Origin: Octopus vulgaris
Lineage: Eukaryota
Reading direction: 5' to 3'
Assembly (NCBI GenBank): GCA_951406725.2
Contig: OX597823.1
Location: 96,534,001 to 96,598,000 of the forward strand
Length of the DNA stretch: 64,000 nucleotides
Each line of letters starts with the position of its first letter. The first letter of the stretch is position 1. The position numbers and the translations under genes were made by a program. The notes beneath the pieces are model-generated. The model saw only the letters and a program-made list of their open reading frames with translations, was not told where the DNA came from and did not search any database. Positions 1 through 13,200 of this stretch are shown here, one piece after another.

Positions 1-245
1 AGAGACTAGCAAAATCCTCTGGGATTTCTCAATTCAAACAGATCAGGTGCTAGAGCATAACAGACCGGACCTAGTGGTAGTGGACAACGTGCACCACGTA
101 TGGTATATAGTGGACGTTGTATGCCTCTTTGACCCACGAATAGCCAAGAAGGAAGTCGAAAAGATAGATAGATATAACCCTCTTAAGTACGAAATAGCCC
201 GGCTATGCATGCAAGACTCCAGGAGCTCCAACAAAACCTGTGATA
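1..245 (+). mobile_element. Dong/R4-type non-LTR retrotransposon fragment (restriction-like endonuclease region)
   Basis: Translates ILWDFSIQTD..EHNRPDLVVVD...IVDV, the RLE PD..D motif also seen in the other Dong/R4 copies here; followed by (AAT)n. Confidence 0.75.
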
Positions 246-299
246 AAAAGATAATAATAATAATAACAGCAACAACAATAATAATAATGATTCGTTTAC

Positions 300-526
300 C
301 TTTATTGCCATAGAGGACGGGAAATATTCCAGCGATACAAGCGACTCCAGCCAAAACCATCAGGCTAGCATGCATTTTTTTTCTTCCAACACGATTTAAC
401 AGAAGGATGCACAGAATGTTCGCTGGAAACTCGACAACCGAATTCAAAAAGAAATTCATATAGAAATTGCCATATAATTTGCCAATATTAAGAGTAAGGC
501 CATAATATACCAAGCTCACAATCGCC
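300..526 (-). CDS. SLC22-family transporter, coding exon 7 (227 nt; gene continues left of window)
   Basis: tatatag acceptor and GTAAAC donor; encodes AIVSLVYYGLTLN...NFFLNSVVEFPA...NRVGRKK (SLC22 TM7-9 and GRK loop); phase matches exon 6. Confidence 0.92.
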
Positions 527-1591
527 CTATATAATAGAAATAAAACAGTTTATACAATGTACAAAAATGCACAAAAATTGCTGATCAAACCCTGGTTAGA
601 TGGTTGCGTAATTTCTTAGAGAGAATTATGATAATTTGAACGTTGAGACCAACAGCAAGTAAAGTTATACAACTAACTGCCTAATATAAACATCTAAGAC
701 AACTCAACAACCGAGACAGAGTTAGCCAATGAGAGCCAGTTAATGAAAGTAACATTAGTGCGTTGGATAAATGGTGAGTAAATGGTTTGTATGCATATGT
801 GGCCTTTTTCAGTTTATGTGTGTATAGAGTGTTTATGTTTATGGAGTAGAAAATATTTCGTGATTAGCAGAATTCACTGATTTGTCTGCAGTCTCTGACA
901 CTTGTTAGCCAACGGTAATTCTTAGTGAAATAGTTTTCTAAATTTGATGAAGGGCCCTGCCTAAATCATCATATCCTTCCTCTTCCTCACAGCAAAGAAA
1001 TACCTAAAAAGGTTTGTCAGTTTGCCTCATGGTCCCAGCAGACAAAGTAGAAAAGGTGTTGCCCCAGATGCACTGGAACAGCCACTCTGACCTCATACTT
1101 GCGGATAGCTGTATCCACCCTGACAGCGGTGAGCAGGGATGTGGTTCAGAGCCTGAGAATGCTGGAAGTCTCCACTGACGCAGGCTTGACCACAAACCTG
1201 TCAGAGAATGGCCAATACTTTGATAACCTACTTTTAGGGACTTGTTACCATGGTTTTGTTTCAATTAATTTTGAAAATAATGAAGAATTTAATAAAATGA
1301 GTTGCCCATAATTAAGACTGGAACACAAATAAACATGAAATTTTAATGGAAAATTTCAAATTAGATCAAACAGGAAGTCTGTATGATACAACAAGGGACA
1401 TTCTCATGTGGGTTGATATCAAAAGGGTCAACTAAGTTTTACTTCTCATTTTATCCTTCTTTGCTTTGCTCTAAAAAGAATTCCTTTATTTCATCTTCAT
1501 GTAAGTATCCTTGCACACTTAGTATATTTGATATTCTTTCAAGTTTGACTCCACATGAATTTCTTGCAAGAAAACTTCCACAAATATCTGC

Positions 1592-4530
1592 CTCATCATC
1601 ATCATCATCATCATTTAAGGCCTGCTTTCCATGCTAACATGAGTTGGACGGTTTGACTGAGAACTGGTGAGCTCGAAGGCTCCACCAGGTGCCAGTCAGG
1701 CGGCACTGGCATCGGCTACGACAATGACTTCACTTGACACAACAGGTCTTCGCAAGAACAGTTTATTGCACAATGATTGAAGGATGCTCTTAAATGGGCC
1801 GGTTATGCAACACTGGCATAGACCACGGTTACTGTCTCACTTGGCTTGCCGGGTCTTCTCAAGCACGGCATATCTCCAAAGGCCTCGGTGGCTTATCATT
1901 GCCTCCGTAAGGCCCAACGTTTGATGGTCGCGCTCCACCCACTCATCCCAGGTGTGACACTTTTTCACACAGCTGTCCTCATCTGTACGCAGCACATGAC
2001 CATACCAGCGCAGTCGTCTCTGTCCTGCCCACCACATCTGATGCTTCTTATGTCCAACTTTTCTCTCAGGGTGCTTACTCTTTGTCGTGTATGCACACTG
2101 ACATTACACATCCAGCGGAGCTTCATTTCTTGCAAGCTTACGCATGTTCTCAGCAGTCACAGCCCATGTTTCACTGCCGTGTAGCATGGCTGTTCTCGTA
2201 AATGCGTCATCCAGTCTACCTTTCACTCTGAGCGAGAGGACCTTCTTTGCCAGCAGACTTAGGAACTCTGTGAACTTTGCCCGGGATATTCTCATTCTAG
2301 CAGCTACTGACTTGGTCACCTAGGTAACGAAAGCTATCAACTGCTTCTAGTTTTTCCCCCTGCTATGTGACGGAAGCTGTTTTCATCACATTTTCAATGT
2401 TTATTGTCCTTGTGCATTTACCACACACAAAAACTATCTTCCCAGTTTGCCTTCCTTTGATAATGCTGCATCTCTTATGTGTCCCTAGCTTACACTTGGT
2501 ACATCTTATGGAGTTTCTACCCACGCCTTTTCGACAGATCGAGCAGGGTCATCTACCTGAAGGAATTTGTGATTTGTCTGCCTTCCTACTTTCTAAGGCT
2601 TTGGTTTTTGCTAGATTGACTCTAAGACACTTCGATTCTTCTCTTTCTTGAGACAGCATTCACCCGGGGTGGGTTGAGCTGGCTTCATTCATCCTCAATG
2701 CTGCATCTCTCACAAACGCCGACCAGACCTGACGATTTGAGGCTAACGACTGGTGATCTCCATCCTCTCCTTATTCCAGCGGCGAACGCCGTAGATATGG
2801 GGGGTCTAGGTTGGGTTCCAGATCAGCTTTGACTGTCATCAGCCAGGTTTTTCGTTGTCCACGACATCGCTTTCGCTAACCCTGAAGGGGAGCTGGGGCA
2901 ATTGCTTCGTAGATGAATTCTTCTGGTTGACGACGGAGGGTATGACCCAGCCAACGCAGACGTCTCGTTAGGATGACTTGTTGGAGGGAGGTAATTCTGC
3001 ACTGGTGTCACACCGAATTGTTGGAGACAAAGTGATGCCATCGGACACTAAGGATGCGGTGTAGACAGTGGTGATCGAAGGATTCTAGTCGCTTAATATC
3101 TTCCACCCTCATCGGCCATGACTCGCTGTCGTAAAGGAGGATCGTTAGCACCAGTGCTTGGTAGATCCGTACTTTGGTGGTGCGTCGGATCTCAGATCTT
3201 GACCAGAGTCGTGCATTGAGTCGGTTGAAGGCTTGGCGAGCGAGATCGATTCGTGTTTTAATGTCAGTCTCACCTTGACCTGTAGCTGTAATGATGGCGC
3301 CAAAGTATTTGAAACTCTCAACCTCTTCAAAAATATCACCATTGAGGACAATGGGTGTTTTGTCTGGTGGGGCGAAGCCGGCTGTGAGGATTTTGGTCTT
3401 CGAGGCATTGACTTTCATACCAATCATCGATGCAACACGCTGGGGCTCATTGATAGCCAACTGGACGTCAGCAAATGTTTCGCCAAGTATCGCAATGTCA
3501 TCTGCGTAGTCTAGATCCTTGACGGAAAAGTTGTGACCAACAGTGATACTTGGGAACTCCCTTAGTGCATTTATGGTCATCCAGTCGATGTCGTAATTGA
3601 AAAGAGTTGGCGAAAGAACACATCCTTGCGAACGCCAGACCGTATTTCGAAGGATTCCAACACTTCACCGTACACGCGTACGCGGGATCTTGTTGAGCGG
3701 TAATAAGATTTGATAAGATTGAGAAGTTTAGGCGGGATACCATCTGCCTGCATGATCTTCCAGAGGGTATCACGATCGACGGAGTCGAATGCAGCACGAT
3801 TCTAGACCTTCCTTCCACACCTGAAACTTCTCCTCTAGTTTTGATAGTGAATCAGCTATTAGAGCAAGGTCATCGGCATAGAGGAGCTCCCGGGGGCATT
3901 CTGTCTTGAATTCCTGTTATTGCCTGGTGGACTATGATGAATAAGAGGGGGCTGAAGACTGATCCTTGGTGGACCCTACCCCTACTCGGAATTCTTCTCT
4001 ATGCTCGTTGCCAGCCCTTACTGACAGCATCCATATATAGAGCCTGTAGAGCTCTCATTGACCACACATCTATCCCTAGTTTTCGCATTGACCACCAGAT
4101 AAAGGATCGGGGGACTATGTCAAAGGTTTTCTCCATGTCAACGAAAGCCAAGTACAGAGGTTTACCTTTGGCTAGGTACTTCTACTGCAGTAGTCTTACC
4201 AGAAATATAGCCTTAGTAGTGCTTTTCCCTGGCACGAACCCAAACTGCATCTCATCTAAACTAACTCTCTCCCTAATTAGTTGGGCTATGACCCTCTCCG
4301 TAACCTTCATTACCTGATCCAACAGCTTGATACCTCTGTAATTATTTGTATAAAGGGTGTCACCTTTACCTTTGTAGTAGTTGACTATGGTGCTGCTACA
4401 CCAGTCATTGTGTGTGACTCCCTCATGTATCACCTGGTTGACTATACAGGTGACTAGACTATAGCCTACACCGCCAGATATTTTAAGTACCTCTGCGGTG
4501 ATACCTGATGGGCCGGGAGCTTTCCCGATC
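1592..4530 (-). mobile_element. 5'-truncated RTE (BovB-like) LINE interrupted by a second RTE
   Basis: Near-colinear with the 10.2-14.3 kb copy (MQFGFVPGKSTT, LLYADD, AMLHGSETW); (GAT)n tail at about 1592-1613; split at 2640-3796. Confidence 0.9.
2640..3796 (-). mobile_element. 5'-truncated RTE-clade LINE of a second family, nested insertion
   Basis: RT motifs AFDSVDR and DLDYADD, thumb TKVRIYQALVLTILLY; flanked by 7-bp duplication CGATTCT (2633-2639 and 3797-3803). Confidence 0.88.
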
Positions 4531-4534
4531 AATA

Positions 4535-4716
4535 TAGGTGCATGCATGGTTGTGTAGTAAGAAGCTTGTTCCCCAACCACATGGATCCAGGTTCAGTCCC
4601 ACTGCATGGTACCTTCGTCAAATGTCTTCTACTATAACCATGGGCTGACCAAAGCCTTGTGAGCAGATTTGTTAGATGGAAACTGAAAGAAGCCCATTAT
4701 ATATATATATGTATGT

Positions 4717-4800
<84 letters not shown>

Positions 4801-5030
4801 CTACGTGTGTGTGTGTCTTTGTGCATATGTTTATCCCACACTACCACTTGACGACCTGTGCTGGTTTGTTTATATCCCCATAACTTAATGGTTTAAAAGA
4901 AACCAATGGAATCAGCACCAGGCATAAACAAAGTTCTGTGATCAATTAATTCAACTAAAACATTTTCAAGGCGGTGCTCCATCATGGTCGCAGTCAAATG
5001 AGAGAAACGAGTAAACGATAAAAGATAAAG
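4535..5030 (+). mobile_element. tRNA-derived SINE with internal (GT)n
   Basis: Head with B-box-like GGTTCAGTCC, internal (AT)/(GT) repeat and 3' part ggcggtgctcc..catggtcgcagtc; same family at 8476, 24360 and 63360. Confidence 0.75.
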
Positions 5031-5065
5031 AACACACAGAAAATGGTAAATGTAATACCACTTAC

Positions 5066-5278
5066 CAGTTTAGCATCAAAATTAGGGTCCGTTTTAGAAG
5101 CTGAGGAATGGTAAACATTTTCCAGATTTCTACTCTTTTATTGTTCGATGAGGAAATGTTGACGATTTCTGTTTGAGGCAAAACTGTTTTATTCAGTTTG
5201 GCGATGTTGCTAAGAATTATGTTGGCATCTTTTGTTCTCTTTTTATTGAGGAGCCATCGGGGAGACTCGTCTAAGAAA
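5066..5278 (-). CDS. SLC22-family transporter, coding exon 6 (213 nt)
   Basis: tttgcaag acceptor and GTAAGT donor; encodes FLDESPRWLL...IAKLN...LKRTLILMLNW, the PESPRWL-type signature. Confidence 0.9.
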
Positions 5279-6439
5279 CTTGCAAATAGAAAACGGAAAA
5301 CCTCATCAATACAACCGCATATGCACACATGTATATATGTACATACTCACATACGCACATACATACATACATACATACCTCCAGCTTCTATAACCTTTAG
5401 GAGTTAAGGGGTTATGGGTTATATATTCCTCCAAACCTACATCTTATGGGTCTTGGGCCTTCATAGGAAATGGGAATATGTATTTAGTGAGTGCCATTGT
5501 ATCCCAGGAACAAAGTTGGAACATGAAACTGAATATCATAATTGACCGAATGAGTCATGTCCATGGAGTGGATCGAATGAGATTGCGGGACATTCACGAC
5601 TTACTTTACAGTCGTCTTCCTCATCCTCATCTTTGTCTTAACATCCACTTTCCCATGCTCGCAAGAGTTGAATGGAATGTGTTGAGGCATATTTTCTATG
5701 GCCAGAAACACTTCTTGATGTCAACCCTCACATGTTCCCTGCTAAGGAAGGATTTCCCCATGACCGAACATGTTTTCGTGGAAGATTGAAAACAAAGATG
5801 GACCGTATCGCAATGACACTTGTTTACAACCATTGTCCAAATAAGGAAACACTCCCCCCCCCTCGCACACACACACGCATCTCAGGCTAGAGATCATAAA
5901 CCCATCATCCTTTTCTTCTCCATGTTTGCTAGGTCTCGCCTCAAACACTGCTGCCCTTTATAGTCCCCCAACATAAAGCAGGATATAGTGAGGATTGAAA
6001 CACTACAGAGATCAATGATAAAAAATAAAGAAATAAATATAAAGATAGTTGCAGGTGTGGCTGTATGGTAAGAAGCTTGCTTCTCAACCACATCGTTCCG
6101 GGTTCAGTCCTACAGCGGAATACCTTGGGCAATTGTATTCTCTCCAACACTGCCATGTTTGCTATATTATTTGCACAATATTCCACCACTATTATTTACA
6201 TGATGTTGGCATCAAGTTTACGAGTCACCCAAGGCTGGTCCCCCGTGTCGTATGCCACCCACAAACGTTAAGTTGACATCACCTAAAAACATTGCGACAT
6301 TATTCAATGCTACCCCACAAATAATTAAAATAGAAAAAGACCCATAACATTCGAATGGTATTTGGACAGTGTTATGACGTGCATATATACGTCGGGTGGA
6401 AGACAGTGTTACCCAACTAAATCTTTGGATGGTGGTTAA

Positions 6440-6890
6440 CTAAATAAACCTATCGCAGAACTCACTCCGTACATGTGACATAGAATGATAAAGCAGAGTG
6501 GTCACCTGTTCGATAGCAAACATTTTACAAACCTTTTTGACCTCGTCTGAAGTAAACTGAGTTCCATTATCTGACTCAATGGTTTCAGGAATACCACCAT
6601 ATCTGGCGAACAATTCGTGTAAAAACACACAGAACCGCAGATGCTGGCTTTTTACACTGATGCACTTCAGACCATTTTGAAACACTGTCCACCACAACAA
6701 GGTAGTATGAACCTGCGTAATCAACATGCAGTCTGGATCATGGAATATCTGTTTTGGGGCCACGCTTGTCATTTCGTGTTGGGTGATTTTGCTGCTAGAG
6801 CACAACCGCTGCATGGTTCCACTCGTTCTTCAATGTCTCGATCCATAGTTGGCTAATAGACATCACTTCTCTAATGATTCCATTCTCGAA
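6440..6890 (-). mobile_element. Gypsy/Ty3 LTR-retrotransposon integrase relic
   Basis: LHELFARYGGIPETIESDNGTQFTS..K..CK...IEQVTT is a typical rve integrase core; degenerate, no LTRs seen. Confidence 0.75.
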
Positions 6891-6979
6891 ATCCCTGGAT
6901 GGCCAATGTGAAATTCCTTTAGTAATAGAAATATTTAGTTATATAAATATTTACCCACCCATCCATCCATCCATCCATC

Positions 6980-7078
<99 letters not shown>
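6980..7078. repeat. (GATA)n microsatellite
   Basis: Long pure AGAT tandem run. Confidence 0.95.
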
Positions 7079-7815
7079 GCATTTGTTCAAGGTGTCATAC
7101 AGTGAGACTGAACCCAGAACCTTGTGGTTGGGAAGCAAACGTCTTACCACACAGCCACACCTGCATATTTGATGTTAATAAAGATGTTTAAAAGTCAGGT
7201 GAAGCCTGTATTTAAAGCTTCTTAAGTTACTCGTCTCTAAACATCGAATGCTTTCGCCCCAAAAGAAGAACTAATCTACATAATTGGATTCAAACGAAGG
7301 TACAGGGGTTAGATTAGAGTTTTCCTTCCCCTAGAGAGATATCTAAACAAAGATTAAGCGTTTCTCATCCCTAGCTGTCCTTTGACGGGTTTTGCTTCTC
7401 ATCCTAGAGCGTGTCCAATATAAACACACCTCGCTCCCACCCGCTTTTTCAAGTAAGCTTTTTAGAGTTGTAAGTTTAGTCACCAACTATGTGACGGGTT
7501 GTATATACATATAGAAATAAGTGCACATACACACATCCATTCATCTATCCATACATATATATCTATGCATATATACATATATGCATCAATGCACCCACAC
7601 ATACTTAAGCCCATCCGTATATAAATCCATACACCCGTACATTCATATATTCATACGTGCATACATGCATGTATATATATGCATGCACACATCTAGTCAT
7701 ACATATATATATATAGACATCCATACACTCGTACATACATAGAGCCAATAATCATACACCCATATATGCACACGCACTCATCCATCCTTCCACCCATACA
7801 CACATGCATACCTAC

Positions 7816-7987
7816 CAGAGATAGGCGACACCGAACGCCAGTGACGGGGTTGATATTATGACCATCAAAGTCCTCCACGTCCTCACAAAGTACGTCAGCA
7901 GAGAAATGATCAGTAGTCCGACTGTAAATACCATTTGGATGGCAATGGAAGATTTCATTCTACTGTCCACCGAAGACACTTCAGAAG
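7816..7987 (-). CDS. SLC22-family transporter, coding exon 5 (172 nt)
   Basis: ttctag acceptor and GTAGGT donor; encodes SEVSSVDSRMKS...LLTYFVRTWRTL; phases 1/2 match neighbours. Confidence 0.92.
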
Positions 7988-8475
7988 CTAGAATTTGAAA
8001 GAATGATGACAGCAATTCCGAAGATGATGACATAAATAGAGAATTTATAATACACACACGCGTGCAAACAAGTGCATATGTGTGTGGGTGCATTAAGGGG
8101 GAAAGGGGGTGAAAAGATCCAGGCAGATGTCATTAAAACACTCGTCTTTAACCGAATTTGGTTAACAATACCCAGCAATCAGACACCAATCAATGCAAGT
8201 AGAATACACATCTAAAGGAATTCCCTACGGATGACGAATAGATCTAAATAGCATTTAGAAGAATTTCAAGAAATTCAGAGTATTAGACCACAAAACTAGG
8301 GATAGAGAAAATCACATCTTTAATTGTTGAATTCACCAAAGAAAGCCGTCGACCGTTTCTGTTGTATCGCCATATTTAGATTCAAGGAATTTCATTCAAA
8401 CTGATACATCTGAAAATACATGTTAACACGTTTCCAAGGTAATCCAAAAATTAGTTAAATTCAAAGTGAGCAATA

Positions 8476-8638
8476 GGCGCAGGCGTGGCTGTGTAGCAAG
8501 AAGCTTGCTTGCCAATCACGTGGTTCCGAGTTCAGTCACTCTGCATGGCACCTTGGGCAAGTGTCTATTACCATAACTCCAGACCGACCAAAGCGTTGAG
8601 ACTGAATTTGGTAGACGGAAACTGAAAGAAGCATGTCG

Positions 8639-8688
<50 letters not shown>

Positions 8689-8758
8689 CCTTTTTTCTTC
8701 TTAATACAGACATATATAAATAAATATGCATGTGTATATATACATATGTATATGAATG

Positions 8759-8800
<42 letters not shown>

Positions 8801-9020
8801 TTTGTGTCTGTGTTTGTCCCCTATCACTGCTTGACAACCGATGTTGGTGTTTTTCCTCGGGTAGCTTAGTGGTTCAGTAGAAGAAACTGATAGAATAAGT
8901 ACCAAGCTTTAAAAAATTAATTCCTGGGGTTGATTCATTCGACTGAAAACCTTTCAAGGTGCCCCAGCATGGCCGCAATCTAATGACTGAAACAAGTGAA
9001 TGACAAAAGAGGAAAGGAAA
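8476..9020 (+). mobile_element. tRNA-derived SINE
   Basis: ggcgcaggcgtggctgtgt..agaagcttgctt..gttcagtc head, internal (GT)n and 3' gccccagcatggccgca body; multiple copies in the window. Confidence 0.8.
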
Positions 9021-9342
9021 CCTACTAAATACGAGGGATGAAAAAGCCTCTTCATGTAAACACATGACCAAATTCCTTTTCACTAATCTAAAATAGGTAA
9101 TTATTATTCTTAATTATATTGTTTGATATTATTTAATATCACGCTATATACTCCTTTATTAGACTAAATAACATAGTAACGTTTTAGATTTAATAGTATT
9201 ATTAAATTTTGTCACTTATATTATTTAATTATGATAATCGAAGGATATTTTACATACAAGGTCAATATGCTTCTTGAGTCTATATTTATATATGGATATG
9301 TATGTATTTATGTAATTGTACTTGTTTATATGCTTATTTGTG

Positions 9343-9645
9343 GAGGTACATGGTCTAGTGGTTAGAGCAGCGAACTCGCGGTCGTGAGATCGCGGGTTCG
9401 AACCTCAGACCGGGCGATGTGTGTGTTTATGAGCGAAACACCTAAGCTCCACGCGGCTCCGGCAGAGGGTAATGGCGAACTTCTGCTGACTCTTTCGCCA
9501 CAACTTTCTTTCACTCTTTCCTCCTGCATCATGCAGCTCACCTGCGACGGACCGGCGTCCCGTCCAGGTGGGGAATCTATACGCCAAGGAAACCGGGATA
9601 CCGACCCTATGAGCCTGGCGTGGCTCGAGAAGGAACAAACAGCAA
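9343..9645 (+). mobile_element. Second tRNA-derived SINE family (V-/Meta-SINE-like body)
   Basis: A box TGGTCTAGTGG (9350-9360) and B box GGTTCGAACC (9395-9404); body cctgcgacggaccggcgtcccgtccagg recalls the V/Meta-SINE 3' region. Confidence 0.7.
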
Positions 9646-10221
9646 TATGCTTGTTTAAATAGCTGCTTTATACGTGTGTATATATATGTATACATCTCGT
9701 TTTGCCTAAATTCGAATTTAATTACTCATTTTCTTCCGCATGTGTACTATTAAAATTGGTACTGGTACACGAGTAAGTACATATGGGCGTACATGTGGGA
9801 GTATATGTATAGTTTTTTTTTTTTATTATATATAGAGATATGTATATGTGTATGTATCTATATATATATATCTATATATGTGTGTGTGTGTATACGTATA
9901 AGTACAAGTATGAGAATACATGTGTATATATATATATATATGCTTACAGTATCAGTTTTATGACTTATCTCTGTTTATGCTCCAAAGCTTATAGTATCAT
10001 CCTGATGTATATACGTATACATATGTATATGTGTATATGTGTGTACTCACACAGACACACACACAAACACACACTCACATTCCCAGACACGCACACACAC
10101 ATCACTCTATTTTTACATCATTTTTATTCAGATGCGACTTTAGAGTTGGGTGTTTTGTGCGTGACACTTGTGTCAAGAAAAATGATAATAAAATTATATA
10201 CAAGCATATACACATACATGT

Positions 10222-13200
10222 GTCATCATCATCATCATCATCGTCGTTTAAACGTCCGTTCTCCATGCTAGCATGGGTTGGACGGTTCGACCGGGGATCT
10301 GGGAAGCCAGAAGGCTGCACCAGGCTCCGGTCTTATCTGGCAATGTTTCTACAGCTGGATGCCCTTCCTAACGCCGTGAGTGTAGTGGGTGCTTTTTACG
10401 TGCCACCTGCACTGGTGCCAGGCGAGACTGGCATCGGCCACGGTCGGATTGGTGCATTTTACGTGCCACCTGCACGGAAGCCAGTCGAGGCGGCACTGGC
10501 TTCGGCCACGATTCGGATGGTGCTTTTTACGTGCCACCGACACGGAAGCCAGTCGAGGCGGCGCTGGCATCGGCCACGATTCGGATAGTGCTTTTTACGT
10601 ATCTCCAGTCCAGGGGTCCTGGCATCTGCCGGGTGCCAGTCATAGGATTGGTTCAATTTCGATTCCGATTTCGATTTCGATTTCACTTGCCCCAACAGGT
10701 CTTCGCAAGCAAAGGTGCTTGTCGTCGGATGAGGTTCGATATCGACTTCGCTTGCCTCAACAGGTCTTTGTGTGTCCAAGGGAGGAAAGGCATGCATAAG
10801 TGGGCTGGACTCACTTGTCCTGCCTGGTATTTTCACGCACAGCATATTTCCAAAGGTCTCGGTCGCTGGTCATTTCCTCAGTGAGACCTAAAGTTCAACG
10901 GTCGTGCTTCACCACCTCGTCCCAAGTTTTCCTGGGTCTACCTCTTCCACGGGTTCCCTCCACTGCTAGGGATTGGCACTTTTTCACACACCTATCTTCA
11001 TCCATTCTCGCCACATGACCATACCAGCGCAATCGTCTCTCTTGCACACCACAACTGATGCTCCTTAGGTCCAACATTTCTCTCAGGGTACTAACACTGT
11101 GTCGAGCATGCACACTGACATTACACATCCATCGGAGCATACTGGCTTCATTTCTTGAGAGCTTACGCATGTCCTCAGCAGTCACGGCCCATGTTTCACT
11201 GCCATGTAGCATGGCTGTTCGTACACATGCATCATACAGTCTGCCTTTTACTCTGAGCGAGAGGCCTTTAGTCACCAGCAGAGGTAAGAGCTCCCTAAAC
11301 TTTGCCCAGGCTATTCTTACTCTAGCCGTTACACTTTCAGCACACCCACCCCCACTACTGACTTGGTCACCAAGATAACGGAAGCTATCAACTACTTCTA
11401 GTTTTTCCCCCTGGAAAGTGACGGAAGTTGTTTTCTGCAGATTTTCAGAGGTTAATGCTCCCGAGCATCTGCCACATACAAAAACCATCTTCCTAGTTAG
11501 CCTTCCTTTGACATTGCTGCACCTCTTATGTGTCCATAGCTTACACTTGGTGCATCTTATAGAGTTTCTACCTACACCTTTTCTACAGATCGAGCAGGGC
11601 CATCTACCTGAAGGCGTTTGTGATTTGTCTACCTTCCTACTTATTACGACTTTGGTTTTAGCTAGATTGACTCTAAGGCTCTTTGATTCTAAACCTTGCT
11701 TCCACACCTGAAACTTCTCCTCCAGTTCTGATAGTGACTCAGCAATTAGAGCAAGGTCATCAGCATAGAGGAGCTCCCAGGGGCATCCTGTCTTGAATTC
11801 CTCCGTTATTGCCTGGAGGACTATGATAAATAGGAGGGGGCTGAGGACTGAGCCTTGGTGGACCCCTACCTCTACCCGGAATTCTTCACTGTACTCGTTG
11901 CCAACCCTCACCTTACTAACAGCGTCCCTGTACATGGCTCGCACAGTTCGCACTAACCATTCATCTATCCCCAGTTTCCTCATTGACCACCAGATGAGGG
12001 ATCGGGGGACCCTGTCGAAGGCTTTCTCCATGTCAACAAAAGCCAGGTACAGGGGCTTATCTTTGGCTAGGTATTTCTCCTGCAGCTGCCTTACCAGGAA
12101 TATAGCATCAGTGGTACTTTTCCCTGGCACGAACCCAAACTGCATCTCATCTAAACTAACTCTCTCTCTAATTAGCTTATGACCCTCTCTGTAACCTTCA
12201 TCACCTGATCCAACAGCTTGATACCTCTGTAATTATTTGTATCTAGGGCATCACCTTTACCTTTGTAGCAGTTGACTATTATGCTGCTACACCAGTCATT
12301 GGGTATGACTCCTTCGTGTATCACCTGATTAACTATACGGGTGACTAGGCTATAGCCGACACTACCAGATATTTTAAGCATCTCTGCAGTGATACCTGAT
12401 GGGCCTGGGGCTTTCCCTGACTTCATGCTTCTGATTGCCTTAACTACCAAGGAACTATCAACCCTGATAGCTGGTCCCTCTGTTGGGTCAACATTCGGCA
12501 GACTCTCTTTATCCCATTCATTTTCTTTATTCAGTAACCTTTCGTAGTGGTGTCTCCAAGCCTCTCTCTTTGCATCCTCGTTTAGCGCAAGTGAACCATC
12601 TTGCATGCGAACACATTTCTCTCCTACCACATCACAATTCTCTCTCACACACTGTCTTGCAACGCGAAACACCTCCAGTCTTTGGTCCTCACGGCGCAGA
12701 ACATTGGCAAATTTTTTCTTATCTGCTTCCCCTCTGGCTAGATAGACCTGTCTCCTAGCTTCCCTTTTAGCAGTCTGATACAATTCTCTGCTACCACCAT
12801 TCTTCCAGTGCTTCGAAGTCTGTCTCTTTTCTCTAATAGCCCTGTCTACAACACTGTTCCACCACCACGTTACCTTGGGACGAGAGGGGACTTTGCACCA
12901 GCCACAGATCTGGTCAGTGGCTCTCAGCAGGTTGTCCCTTAGAAACGTCCAGTTGCCCTCTACCCCATGTGATACTCTATCCCCTTCTACTTCGTCAAAG
13001 GCTTCAAGTAGCATGTCCCTAAATCTCTGTCCATTCGCAGGATCTTTAAGCTTCCAGATCCTTCTTCTCCATGTTGGTCGTCTTCTGGTTGTCCTCCTAG
13101 TCTTGATCCTAAAGTCACTAACTACCAGTCTATGTTGTGGGGTACATTCTTCGCCTGGGAAGGTTTTGGCATTTATAAGTAGCCATCTCTCCCTTTGCCT

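Noticed and set aside
9343-9415. Possible tRNA gene
   Set aside because: A and B boxes are present, but there is no clean acceptor stem or poly-T terminator and it continues into a SINE body.
10395-10600. Repeat-spacer-like array
   Set aside because: Tandem ~55-bp units of the RTE 3' UTR without unique spacers; not CRISPR.
11058-12182. Plus-strand ORFs overlapping the RTE RT
   Set aside because: Antisense shadow frames of the LINE coding sequence.
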